From: Coriobacteriia bacterium | GTDB taxonomy: Bacteria; Actinomycetota; Coriobacteriia; Anaerosomatales; PALSA-660 | Assembly: GCA_025361505.1 (NCBI GenBank) | Contig: JANYKZ010000103.1 | Span: forward strand, 1 to 55,991 | Length of the DNA: 55,991 nt | Direction: 5' to 3' | Shown here: positions 37,680 through 46,487 of the stretch, piece by piece | Layout of the letters: the number at the start of each line of letters is the position of its first letter | Numbering within the stretch: position 1 is the first letter of the stretch | Translations under genes and position numbers: made by a program | Notes under the pieces: generated by a model | Told to the model about the DNA's origin: nothing | Databases searched by the model: none | What the model saw: only the letters and a program-made list of their open reading frames with translations

Positions 37680-39025
37680 TCCGCAGCCGCGTCCGACCCG
37701 GCTGGTCCGTTCCGGTCGCCCGTGGCGGCCTCCTCGGCCGCTGAGGCCCGCCCGCTGGCCCGGTAGAGCGGCGCCACGCCCGCCATGACGAGTGCGCCGA
37801 TCACCCAGGTCGGCGCGATACCGAATCCTTGGGCCGCGTAGCCCAGCGCGGGCTGACCGGCGACCCCGCCGGCGTCGCCGAACAGCGAACTCAGCGAGAG
37901 GACGGTCGCACGCTGGGCGGACGGGATGTGAGCGTTGATGTAGCCGGACGCCACCGGGCCGGCCATCCCCATCACGAAGCCGACCCCGACCCACAAGCCT
38001 GCGACCACGAAGAACGGGACGAACCCCGCGGGCCCTCTGGATGCCACGAGCCCGGCCACCCCGGCGGCACCGATCAGTCCCGCCGCCACGGCCCCGAGGG
38101 TTCCGAGAAGCCTGGCGGAGTCACCATGAGAGCCGTCCCCGCGCGCCGCGAGGCCCCGCCGGACCGCCACGTTCCCGGCGATCGAAGCGACAGAGAAGAC
38201 CGAGAAGACCGCGCCCGTCAGCCAGACGTAGTCCCTGCCGATGAGCTCCAGCAACCACGGCGACAGCGAGTAGAAGCCGTACATCATGAACAGGCCCTGA
38301 AGCGCCGAGATCCACAGCAGCGGCCGGACGGAGCGGCTCCGCCACCCGAATCGTACGCCCGCGTCGGCGATCTTCCTGGTCTCGGCGGCGAACGTCGAGA
38401 GCGACAGCGCGCGGGGGGTGAACCCGACCTCTCGCATGGAGACCGCCACTGCGATGAAGGCGCCGACCAAGGCCACCGACCGCACGTAGTACGGCAAGAG
38501 CAGGCTCACGCCGCCGAGTACTCCTCCGACCAGAGGCCCGACAACCAGCATTGCTCCCGAGGCCTCGGCGCTGAGAGCGAACACGCGCTCCTTCGGTCCC
38601 TCGTAGCCCGTGGCGTCGAGTGCGTCCACCATCCACGCATCGACGGCGCCCGTCTGGAACGTGAACCCGAGCCCGAGAAGCACGCTGCCGACCACGAACC
38701 CCCAGAAGCCCCAGTGGAGCTGGGCACTGAGAACGTAGATCAGTGTCGACAGAACGAGGATGCCGATCGAGAGAAGGAACGACAGCTTCCTCCCCAGGGT
38801 GTCAGCGATGACTCCGGTCGGCACCTCGAAGAGCATCTGGCTCGCAGTGAACACCGCGTTGATCACGAAGACCAGGGCGAACGACATCCCACCCGCCCGG
38901 ATGAGGAAGAGCGTGTTGACCGCCCATATGAGCGACGCGGACAGCGTGAAGAGGGCGTTGGTCACGACGTAGACCCTGATGATCCTGTCGGGCCCGTAGT
39001 GGACCGGGATGTCGTCCTCGACCAT
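37655..39025 (-). CDS. MFS transporter
   Basis: Start trimmed to Met111 (GGAGG 4 nt upstream), giving 456 aa and about 12 TM helices. It has the MFS loop motif ADTLGRK. Its 3' end overlaps the convergent oxidoreductase by 25 nt. Confidence 0.85.
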   Translation of the reverse strand: MVEDDIPVHYGPDRIIRVYVVTNALFTLSASLIWAVNTLFLIRAGGMSFALVFVINAVFTASQMLFEVPTGVIADTLGRKLSFLLSIGILVLSTLIYVLSAQLHWGFWGFVVGSVLLGLGFTFQTGAVDAWMVDALDATGYEGPKERVFALSAEASGAMLVVGPLVGGVLGGVSLLLPYYVRSVALVGAFIAVAVSMREVGFTPRALSLSTFAAETRKIADAGVRFGWRSRSVRPLLWISALQGLFMMYGFYSLSPWLLELIGRDYVWLTGAVFSVFSVASIAGNVAVRRGLAARGDGSHGDSARLLGTLGAVAAGLIGAAGVAGLVASRGPAGFVPFFVVAGLWVGVGFVMGMAGPVASGYINAHIPSAQRATVLSLSSLFGDAGGVAGQPALGYAAQGFGIAPTWVIGALVMAGVAPLYRASGRASAAEEAATGDRNGPAGSDAAADQSRSTIS

Positions 39026-39150
39026 CGAACCTCCAAGTGGGTATGTCCGTCGATGGGCCGCGCTCCTACGGGTTGATACCCGATGTCGGCCTCGGAGGTT
39101 CCGAAGGCGCATACTGCTTGTGAACGCACTCACGAGGAAGGGACGCACCC

Positions 39151-40422
39151 GTGGAATCCGTCGACCCGCTCCTGCTCGATCCCCGGCACCCGAGACGCGT
39201 CGTAGTGGTGGGTGGAGGCTACGCGGGCCTGACCTTCGCCGTGACGCTGGCGAACAGGATGCGCGCGACCGACGGCATCGAGATCGTGCTCGTCGACCCG
39301 CGTCCCTATCAGCAGGCGCTCTCGGAACTCGACCTGGTGGCGGCCGGTACGGCACGGCCGCAGTTCGCCGAGCTGTGGTACGCCGACGTCCTGCGCGGCC
39401 TGCCCATCAAGGTGGTGCACGACCGGCTCGAGCAGGTCCTCCCCGACCTCAACGTCATCCGGGTCGGGCCGCGCGGCGAGTCCGGGACGACCATCCCCTA
39501 CTGGCGGCTCGTGATCGCCACGGGTGCGATCCCCACGATCCCGCCGGTGCCCGGCCTCGCCGACCGCGCCATCACGATGTGGTCGGTCGACGACGCGCTG
39601 AAGCTCCAGCACGCGATAGAGGCCCAGTTCCGGTACGCGGTGACGCTGACCGACCCTGCAGCCCTCCGCCGCGCCCTGGCCGTGACGGTGGTCGGGGGAG
39701 GCGCGACCGGCGTCGAGATCATCGGCACCATCGCGAAGCGACTCCCTCCGATGATCCGGCGCGCCGGCCACGATCCCTCCGAGCTGACGATGACGCTGAT
39801 CGAGGCACGGCCCGACATCCTGTACGACCTCCCGGAGGTCCAGCGGGAACGTGCGCGCAAGCGCCTCGAGAAGCTGGGTGTCCGCCTGCAACTCGGCCGG
39901 AAGCTCGTCGCGGTCGACGAGACCACGGCCCACCTCGAGGGCGGGGTCGACGTGCCCTCGCCCGTGCTCGTGTGGTGCGGCGGCGCGCACGCCGATCCCG
40001 ACGCGATCTCCTGGCAGCTGATGTGCGACGTCTCGGGGCGCTTGGTGTGCGACCCCACGCTGAAAGCGACCGGCACCGACGCGATCTACGCGGTCGGCGA
40101 CGTCGCGGCGTTCCGCGACCCCAAGGACTCGCGCGTGCTGCCGATGCTGGCGCAGTTCGCCATCCGCGAGGCCGAGCACGCCGCCGACTCCGTGCTGGGC
40201 GAGGCCCGCGGTGTCGCACCCAAGCCGTTCGTCCCCAACATGCACGGCGAGTTCGTGAGCGTCGGACCCGGCTGGGGCGTCGGCTGGATGTTCGGGATCA
40301 ACGTCTCGGGCTGGTTCGCGATCGTCATGAAGCGGATCACCTACATCATGTACTGGATCCAAGTGGGCTCGTTCCGGCTGGCATGGAAGCGCACGGTGCA
40401 GATGCTGCGGCTGCGGCGGTAG
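39151..40422 (+). CDS. ndh: type II NADH dehydrogenase-like FAD-dependent oxidoreductase
   Basis: 423 aa with two dinucleotide folds (VVVGGGYAGL and VVGGGATGVE) and AVGDVAA. The C-terminus is an amphipathic/hydrophobic anchor. Confidence 0.85.
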   Translation: MESVDPLLLDPRHPRRVVVVGGGYAGLTFAVTLANRMRATDGIEIVLVDPRPYQQALSELDLVAAGTARPQFAELWYADVLRGLPIKVVHDRLEQVLPDLNVIRVGPRGESGTTIPYWRLVIATGAIPTIPPVPGLADRAITMWSVDDALKLQHAIEAQFRYAVTLTDPAALRRALAVTVVGGGATGVEIIGTIAKRLPPMIRRAGHDPSELTMTLIEARPDILYDLPEVQRERARKRLEKLGVRLQLGRKLVAVDETTAHLEGGVDVPSPVLVWCGGAHADPDAISWQLMCDVSGRLVCDPTLKATGTDAIYAVGDVAAFRDPKDSRVLPMLAQFAIREAEHAADSVLGEARGVAPKPFVPNMHGEFVSVGPGWGVGWMFGINVSGWFAIVMKRITYIMYWIQVGSFRLAWKRTVQMLRLRR

Positions 40423-40534
40423 CGGCTGCGAGGGCCGTTCGCTTCGCGGTTCGCGCTTCGAACGAGCCAGAGAGCGGTCTCGTTCGGCGCTCGCAAGCTT
40501 CGCTCTCGGGCCTCGCAACCGCTGCGGCAACACA

Positions 40535-40562
40535 GAAGGGCGCCGGTGTCCCGGCGCCCTTC
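40535..40562. terminator. bidirectional intrinsic terminator between convergent ndh and livF
   Basis: Perfect 12-bp stem, gaagggcgccgg / ccggcgcccttc, with loop tgtc. Confidence 0.7.
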
Positions 40563-40586
40563 GCGGTTCCGTGATACGTGCGGTTC

Positions 40587-41384
40587 CTATGACTCGCCGA
40601 GGTAGGTCTTGCGCACCTGCTCGTTGTGGAGCAGGTCCCGGCCGGGGCCCGTGAGGACGACGCTGCCGGTCTCGAGGACGTAGCCGCGGTCCGCGATCTG
40701 GAGCGCCATCGCGGCGTTCTGTTCCACGAGCAGGATCGTGATGCCCTGCGCGTTGAGGGTCTTGATCGTCTCGAAGATCAGCTCGACGATGACCGGGGCC
40801 AGGCCCATGGAGGGCTCGTCCAGCATGAGCAGCTTCGGGGCCGCCATCAGTCCGCGGGCCATCGCCAGCATCTGCTGCTCGCCGCCGGAGAGCGTGCCGC
40901 CCTTCTGCATGCGGCGTTCCTTCAGGCGCGGGAAGAGATCGTAGGCCTGCGCCATCGACGACTTGACGCCTTCGACGTCCTTGGAGCGCAGGAAAGCGCC
41001 CATCTCGAGGTTCTCCTCGACGGTCATCCGCGGGAAGATGCGCCGGCCTTCGGGCACCTGGATGATCCCCTTCGCCGTCACCTCGTGGACCTTCATCTCG
41101 GAGATGACCTCGCCCAAGAGCCTGATCTCGCCCGACTTGGGGTGCAGCAGGCCGGAGATGGTCTTCAGGGTCGTCGACTTCCCGGCGCCGTTCGCGCCGA
41201 TCAGGGTGACGATCTCGCCCTGGTGTACGTCGACGCTGATCCCCTTGAGCGCCTCGATCGCGCCGTAGAAGGTGTGGATCTTGTCGAGTTGCAGGACCAC
41301 GTTCTCGCTCACCTGACGCGCCGCGGCCGGCACCGTATCGACCACTGCTTCAGTCTGATCGCTCATCGGTTCTACCTCACTCAC
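40587..41384 (-). CDS. livF: branched-chain amino acid ABC transporter ATP-binding protein LivF
   Basis: 265 aa with GANGAGKSTT, LSGGEQQML and LLMLDEPSMGL. It has an ATGA overlap with the livG stop. Confidence 0.92.
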   Translation of the reverse strand: MSEVEPMSDQTEAVVDTVPAAARQVSENVVLQLDKIHTFYGAIEALKGISVDVHQGEIVTLIGANGAGKSTTLKTISGLLHPKSGEIRLLGEVISEMKVHEVTAKGIIQVPEGRRIFPRMTVEENLEMGAFLRSKDVEGVKSSMAQAYDLFPRLKERRMQKGGTLSGGEQQMLAMARGLMAAPKLLMLDEPSMGLAPVIVELIFETIKTLNAQGITILLVEQNAAMALQIADRGYVLETGSVVLTGPGRDLLHNEQVRKTYLGES

Positions 41385-42163
41385 GCCTGGGCCAGCATTG
41401 CCTCGGCGCCCATGCCGAGGTAGGCCACGATGACCTTGGGGTCCTTCTGGATCTCTTCCGGCTTGCCCTCGGCGATCAGCTCGCCGAAGTCCAGCACGTA
41501 GATACGGTCGGCGATGTCCATGACGACCTTCATGTCGTGCTCGATCAGGAGCACGGTCACGCCGCTCGCGCGGATGCGGCCGATGAGACGCGTCAGGTCG
41601 GCCGACTCCTGCGGGTTCATGCCCGCCGCGGGCTCGTCGAGCAGCAGCAGTTTGGGCTCGGTCGCGAGCGCGCGGGCGATCTCGAGCCGGCGCTGGGCGC
41701 CGTACGGGAGGTTCTTGGCCAGCTCGTTGGCCTTGTCGGCCAGACCGACGAACTGCAGGCGCTTGAGCGCCTCCGCGACGGTCGCGGCCTCCTCGCGCTT
41801 GAAGCCGCGGGTGCGCAGGACGGCCTGCAAGGGGCCGGCCTTGCTGCGCGTGTGCCGCCCGACCATGACGTTCTCGAGCGTCGTCATGTTCGAGAAGAGG
41901 CGGATGTTCTGGAACGTGCGCGCGATGCCCATACGGCAGATCTCGTTCGGCTTCTTGCCCGACACGGACCCGCCGGCGAAGGTCAGCTTCCCCGAGGTCG
42001 GCTTGTAGATGCCGGTGAGCATGTTGAAGAACGTCGTCTTGCCGGCGCCGTTGGGGCCGATGAGCGCGACGATCTCCCCTTCATCGATGTGCATGCTGAC
42101 GTCGTTGACGGCCTTCAGGCCGCCGAACTGCATCGTTGTGTTGGTGGCTTCGACGAGCGCCAT
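41381..42163 (-). CDS. livG: branched-chain amino acid ABC transporter ATP-binding protein LivG
   Basis: 260 aa with GPNGAGKTTFFN, LPYGAQRRLEIAR and LLLLDEPAAGM. Confidence 0.92.
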   Translation of the reverse strand: MALVEATNTTMQFGGLKAVNDVSMHIDEGEIVALIGPNGAGKTTFFNMLTGIYKPTSGKLTFAGGSVSGKKPNEICRMGIARTFQNIRLFSNMTTLENVMVGRHTRSKAGPLQAVLRTRGFKREEAATVAEALKRLQFVGLADKANELAKNLPYGAQRRLEIARALATEPKLLLLDEPAAGMNPQESADLTRLIGRIRASGVTVLLIEHDMKVVMDIADRIYVLDFGELIAEGKPEEIQKDPKVIVAYLGMGAEAMLAQA

Positions 42164-42188
42164 GGTGTCCTCAGCTCTCCGTCGGCGA

Positions 42189-43421
42189 TTACAGGTCGTG
42201 CTCGGAGCGGTCTGCTCCGTGCTTGAGGTCCCACAGCGACTGGTCCTCTTCCTCGAGGACCTTCTCGTCCTCGGGGTGCAGCTCCTGCGCTCGTCGCGTG
42301 GACGGGATCATGCCCTGCGGTCTGACCGCCATCATGATGACCATCAGGAGGCCGAACACCAGGTAGCGGTAGCCCGAGATCGCGGAGGCCAGGGTCGGAT
42401 CGATGACGCCGGCCAGCAGCGGTGACTGAGCGACGCCGCGGATCATCTCGGGGATGCCGGCGATGAGCGCCGCACCCACGATGACGCCCGGGATGGAGCC
42501 CATCCCGCCGAGCACGACCATCGTGACGATGAAGACCGACTCCATGAACGTGAACGACTCCGGCGAGACGAAGCCCTGCGCGTTGGCGAACACCACGCCC
42601 GCGAGACCGCCCCACAGCGCGCCGAGCGCGAACGCCCAGAGCTTCGAGGTCATGATGTTGACGCCGACCGAACTCGCGGCCACCTCGTCCTCGCGCATCG
42701 CGACCCACGCGCGACCGAGCCGCGAGTTGTCGAGGCGGCGGACGACGAAGACGGCGAGCACGATCAGCAGCACGACGATGTAGTACCAGTACAGGTTCAC
42801 CGAGAAGATGAAGTTGAACCCGATCGCCGGGATGGCGACGGGGAGCAGCTGCAGCTGCGAGAGCCCCAACGGCTGCGCCACGGGCGCCATCATGCCGTAT
42901 GCGCCCTTCGTCAGGCCCAGGAAGTCGTTGGTCGCGAGGATGCGGATGATCTCGCCGAACCCGAGCGTGACGATCGCGAGGTAGTCGCCGCGGAGGCGCA
43001 GTACCGGCGTGCCGAGAGCGAGTCCCGTGAGCGCCGCGATGATCGCCGCCACAGGGAGCATCACGATGAACTGGGAACTCACGAGGAAGTCCCTCAGCCC
43101 CACGTTGCTGATCATCTGGACCGCGGTGACGAACTTCTCACCGAGGATGACCGCCGCGTAGGCGCCCATGGCGTAGAACGCCACGTACCCCAGGTCGAGA
43201 AGTCCTGCGTAGCCGACGACGATGTTCAGGCCCAGGGCCAGCAGAACGTAGATGCCGATGATGCCGAGCACGCGGACGAAGAAGCTCATCGTCTGGAACC
43301 CCTGCAGCAGCACCGGTGCGAAGACGACCAACACGCCCAGGAAGATGGCGAACGCGATCTTGCCGCGACTCCACCCCTTGGACTGGACGTTGGTCCGGAT
43401 ATCCATCTTTGATCCGGCCAT
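42189..43421 (-). CDS. livM: branched-chain amino acid ABC transporter permease LivM
   Basis: 410-aa polytopic ORF with the LivM-type core LLDLGYVAFYAMGAY...REDEVAASSVGVN. Confidence 0.9.
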   Translation of the reverse strand: MAGSKMDIRTNVQSKGWSRGKIAFAIFLGVLVVFAPVLLQGFQTMSFFVRVLGIIGIYVLLALGLNIVVGYAGLLDLGYVAFYAMGAYAAVILGEKFVTAVQMISNVGLRDFLVSSQFIVMLPVAAIIAALTGLALGTPVLRLRGDYLAIVTLGFGEIIRILATNDFLGLTKGAYGMMAPVAQPLGLSQLQLLPVAIPAIGFNFIFSVNLYWYYIVVLLIVLAVFVVRRLDNSRLGRAWVAMREDEVAASSVGVNIMTSKLWAFALGALWGGLAGVVFANAQGFVSPESFTFMESVFIVTMVVLGGMGSIPGVIVGAALIAGIPEMIRGVAQSPLLAGVIDPTLASAISGYRYLVFGLLMVIMMAVRPQGMIPSTRRAQELHPEDEKVLEEEDQSLWDLKHGADRSEHDL

Positions 43422-43423
43422 AG

Positions 43424-44374
43424 CTACACCTTCTCCACGACGGACTCGCCGAGCAGGCCGCCCGGACGGAAGATCAGGACCAGGATGAGGATGACGAACG
43501 CGACGACGTCCTTGTAGCCGGTGGCCAGGAAGCCCGCCGCCAGCGACTCGATGATGCCGAGCACGAACCCGCCCAGCATGGCGCCACGCAGGTTACCGAT
43601 ACCACCGATAACGGCGGCGGTGAAGGACTTGATGCCGGGGAGGAACCCCATGTTCCAGTTCACCGTGCCGTAGTACATGCCGTTGAAGATGCCCGCCACG
43701 GCCCCGAGGGCGGGTCCGATGAAGAATGCGAGCGCGATGACCGTGTTGATGTTGACGCCCATCAGCCCGGCGGCATCACGGTCCTGAGAGGTCGCGCGCA
43801 TGGCCTTGCCGATGCGCGTCTTGCTCACGAACGTGTCGAGAACGATCAGGATCAGCACGACCGACACCAGGATGAAGATCTGGAGCGTGCTGATCGAGGC
43901 GTTGCCGAAGATCTTGATGTTGACGATCGGGAACACCTGCGGGAACGGCAGCGCCTTGCTGTCGACCCACAACAACACCGCGTTCTGCAGGAAGATTGAC
44001 ACACCGATCGCCGAGATGAGCGGTGCGAGGCGCGGCGCGTTGCGGAGCGGCCGGTAGGCGGTCCGCTCGATGATCACGCCGAGCAACCCGATCGCGACAC
44101 CCGCGATCAGGAACACGATGGTGAAGAGAAGCACCAGTCCGATACCGTTCTTCGTGAGGAAGGCGACGGTGCCGGACCCGACGAGTTTCGGATTGGTGAG
44201 GCCCGTGAGCGTGAACAGGCCGACGTAGGCACCGGCCATGAACATCTCGCTGTGGGCGAAGTTGATCATGAGCATGATGCCGTAGACGAGCGTGTAGCCG
44301 AGCGCGATCAGTGCGTACATGCCACCCAGCGTGATGCCGTTCACCATCTGCTGCATGAGTGTATCGAGAGCCAC
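43424..44374 (-). CDS. livH: branched-chain amino acid ABC transporter permease LivH
   Basis: QQMVNGITLGGMYALIALGYTLVYG. I prefer the GTG at 44374, which is preceded by GAGGAAGAC. The alternative ATG is at 44356. Confidence 0.9.
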   Translation of the reverse strand: MALDTLMQQMVNGITLGGMYALIALGYTLVYGIMLMINFAHSEMFMAGAYVGLFTLTGLTNPKLVGSGTVAFLTKNGIGLVLLFTIVFLIAGVAIGLLGVIIERTAYRPLRNAPRLAPLISAIGVSIFLQNAVLLWVDSKALPFPQVFPIVNIKIFGNASISTLQIFILVSVVLILIVLDTFVSKTRIGKAMRATSQDRDAAGLMGVNINTVIALAFFIGPALGAVAGIFNGMYYGTVNWNMGFLPGIKSFTAAVIGGIGNLRGAMLGGFVLGIIESLAAGFLATGYKDVVAFVILILVLIFRPGGLLGESVVEKV

Positions 44375-44493
44375 GTCTTCCTCGTTTCCCTGCCGCGGCC
44401 GCTTGAAAGACCGCCGGAATCGTAGCACGGTCCGGAGAGCCCCCGGTCTTCGAATGCGACGCGGGCGTCCGGCCGACCCCCTACTGCCGAGAA

Positions 44494-44529
44494 AGCCCGG
44501 GCGGGGCCTTTGGTGCGCCCGCCCGGGCT
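44494..44529 (-). terminator. intra-operon hairpin between livJ and livH (attenuating terminator / mRNA stabiliser)
   Basis: Perfect 12-bp stem, agcccgggcggg / cccgcccgggct, with a 12-nt loop. On the minus strand it is followed by TTTCT. It lies 38 nt after the livJ stop. Confidence 0.55.
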
Positions 44530-44566
44530 CCCGGAATCCTTCTACATCTGGAGCGTCAGAGCTGCG

Positions 44567-45781
44567 TTACTTGACGAACGGGATCCACACGCCGCCCTTG
44601 ACCACGTACAGCGTGATGGCCTTGTTGGTGGTGTCGCCCTTGGCGTCGAACGCGATCGCGCCGGTGATGCCGGTGTAGTTGGTGGCGGCAACAGCGGAGA
44701 TGATGGCAGCGCGGCCCTCGGGAGAGGTGACCTTCGCGGCGGTGACCTTACCCGCGGCGACGAGGACGGCCTTCATGATGACCGTCGCGGCGTCGTACGA
44801 GTACGCGTCGTATGCGGCGATCTCATCGTTGGGATACGCGGCCTTGAACTCGGTCGTGAACTTCTCGCCGGCCGGGAGCTGGGCCAGGGGGAGGCCGACG
44901 GAGGTGGCGAAGTCGCCCTCAGCGTTGGCGGCACCGGCGAGCTTGATGTACTGGCCGTCGTAGAGACCGTCGCCACCCATCATCGGGACCTTCACGCCGC
45001 CGTCCTTGAGCTGCTTGGAGAGCAGCGCGCCGGCGTTGTACACGCCGCCGTAGTAGACCAGGTCCGGGTTCGTGGCCTTGATCTTGGTGACGAGGGCCTT
45101 GAAGTCGGTGTCCTTGTCGCCGGTCTTCTCGCGACCGAGGACCTTGCCGCCCTTGGCGGTGAACTCCTTGCCGAACTCGTCGGCGAGGCCGGTACCGTAG
45201 GGAGTGGAGTCGTCGACGATGAAGACGGCCTTCTTGCCCAGGTCGCCCGTGGCACGGTCAGCGGCCGCGGGGCCCTGGACCGAGTCGATGGTGCAGACGC
45301 GGAAGACGTTCTTCAGACCCTGCAGGGTGAGCGCAGGGTTCGTGGAGGCCGGCGAGATCATGACGATGTTCGCGCGGCTGTAGACGGCAGAGGCCGGGAT
45401 GGAGACGCCCGAGTTCAGGTGGCCCATGACGCCCACGAGGTTCGGGTTCGAGGCGAACTGGTTGGCGACGTTGACGCCCGTCTTGGGGTCGCCCTGGTCG
45501 TCACCGGTGGTGCTGGTGAACGTGATGCCGGCGGCCTTCGCCTCAGCGGACGCGTTCATGTCCGTGATGGCGAGCTTCGCGCCGCGCTCCATGCCGAGGC
45601 CCAGAGCGGTCGCGCCCTGGGTGATCGGGGCGCCGATGCCGATCGTGACGCTGACGGGGCCCGTGCTGGTGCCTCCGCCTGTGGTGGTGGTCGTCGACGC
45701 TCCGCAACCGGTGACGACCAGCGCCACGGCAGCGAGCACGGCGACTACGGACAGGTACTTCTTGAACTTGCCCATGCTCAT
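44567..45781 (-). CDS. livJ: branched-chain amino acid ABC transporter substrate-binding lipoprotein
   Basis: Start at the ATG at 45781 (GGAGG 6 nt upstream) or at 45775. Signal peptide plus lipobox (VVTGC). The fold is a type I periplasmic binding protein: DDQGDPK...GHLNSG. Confidence 0.9.
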   Translation of the reverse strand: MSMGKFKKYLSVVAVLAAVALVVTGCGASTTTTTGGGTSTGPVSVTIGIGAPITQGATALGLGMERGAKLAITDMNASAEAKAAGITFTSTTGDDQGDPKTGVNVANQFASNPNLVGVMGHLNSGVSIPASAVYSRANIVMISPASTNPALTLQGLKNVFRVCTIDSVQGPAAADRATGDLGKKAVFIVDDSTPYGTGLADEFGKEFTAKGGKVLGREKTGDKDTDFKALVTKIKATNPDLVYYGGVYNAGALLSKQLKDGGVKVPMMGGDGLYDGQYIKLAGAANAEGDFATSVGLPLAQLPAGEKFTTEFKAAYPNDEIAAYDAYSYDAATVIMKAVLVAAGKVTAAKVTSPEGRAAIISAVAATNYTGITGAIAFDAKGDTTNKAITLYVVKGGVWIPFVK

Positions 45782-45868
45782 CCCTTTCCTCCGACTTGAC
45801 TGCCCTGATCTGCTGGCCGGGTGGCTCGAAAATCTCCCTGGATACACCCCGCCTCAGGATTCAGCGAG

Positions 45869-45885
45869 TGTATCAGAGTGATACA
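45869..45885. promoter_or_regulatory. 17-bp palindromic operator candidate upstream of livJ
   Basis: TGTATCA-gag-TGATACA, with perfect 7-nt arms. It lies about 90 nt upstream of the livJ ATG and is AT-rich for this genome. A third half-site, GATACAC, is at 45841..45847. Confidence 0.4.
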
Positions 45886-45929
45886 AGGACGAACAGCCCA
45901 TGAGCACCTGCGAGAATCGCCCCCGCGTG

Positions 45930-45951
45930 GCGTGTTTCGTGCGTGTTTCGT
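45930..45951. repeat. perfect 2 x 11-nt tandem direct repeat (gcgtgtttcgt)
   Basis: Read directly from the sequence in the livJ / rrf2 intergenic region. Confidence 0.6.
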
Positions 45952-46005
45952 ACGCTTCGGGCGTGGCTCTCGCCCCGGGGGCCGACGCCATGCGCCACCA
46001 CGGCT

Positions 46006-46037
46006 CGACGGCCTCCGAATGGATACGGAGGCCGTCG
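46006..46037 (-). terminator. hairpin downstream of the cysK-rrf2 operon
   Basis: Perfect 12-bp stem, cgacggcctccg / cggaggccgtcg, with an 8-nt loop. It lies 34 nt after the rrf2 stop. There is no U-tract. Confidence 0.5.
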
Positions 46038-46070
46038 AGTGTGACGCGATCCTATCGATCGATGAAGTGC

Positions 46071-46487
46071 TCAGATGTAGTACATGGGCGCCACCTGCGC
46101 GTCGAGCTCGCGCTGCCGCTCGGCCAGCGCGGCCAGCGTCGTATCGTCGAGCGCGAGTTCGAGGGAGGCCGACGCAGCCTCCCACATCTCGGACACGGCC
46201 GAGCCGGTCACGTGGGGCACGTCGAGCACGATGCGCTGCACCGCCCTCACGACCTCCGCCACCGTGACCTCGTTGGCCGGGCGCAGGAGCGCGCACCCGC
46301 CGCCCGCACCGCGGCGGCAGTCGACGATACCGGCCCGGGCCAACCCCGTGAACTGCTGCTCCACGAAGCGCCGAGGCAGGCCGAGGCCGTCCGCTATCTC
46401 ACCGGCCGCGATGTAGACGCCGGCGGGCTGCTGGGCCAGCGCGGTCAGGGCGCGGATCGCGTAGTCGAGGCGCTGCGAGACTCTCAC
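46071..46487 (-). CDS. Rrf2 family transcriptional regulator (CymR/IscR-like)
   Basis: VRVSQRLDYAIRALTALAQQPAGVYIAAGEIADGLGLPRRFVEQQFTGLARAGIVDCRRGAGGGCALL is a typical Rrf2 winged HTH. The GTG start overlaps the cysK stop (GTGA). No three-Cys cluster motif is evident. Confidence 0.85.
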   Translation of the reverse strand: MRVSQRLDYAIRALTALAQQPAGVYIAAGEIADGLGLPRRFVEQQFTGLARAGIVDCRRGAGGGCALLRPANEVTVAEVVRAVQRIVLDVPHVTGSAVSEMWEAASASLELALDDTTLAALAERQRELDAQVAPMYYI

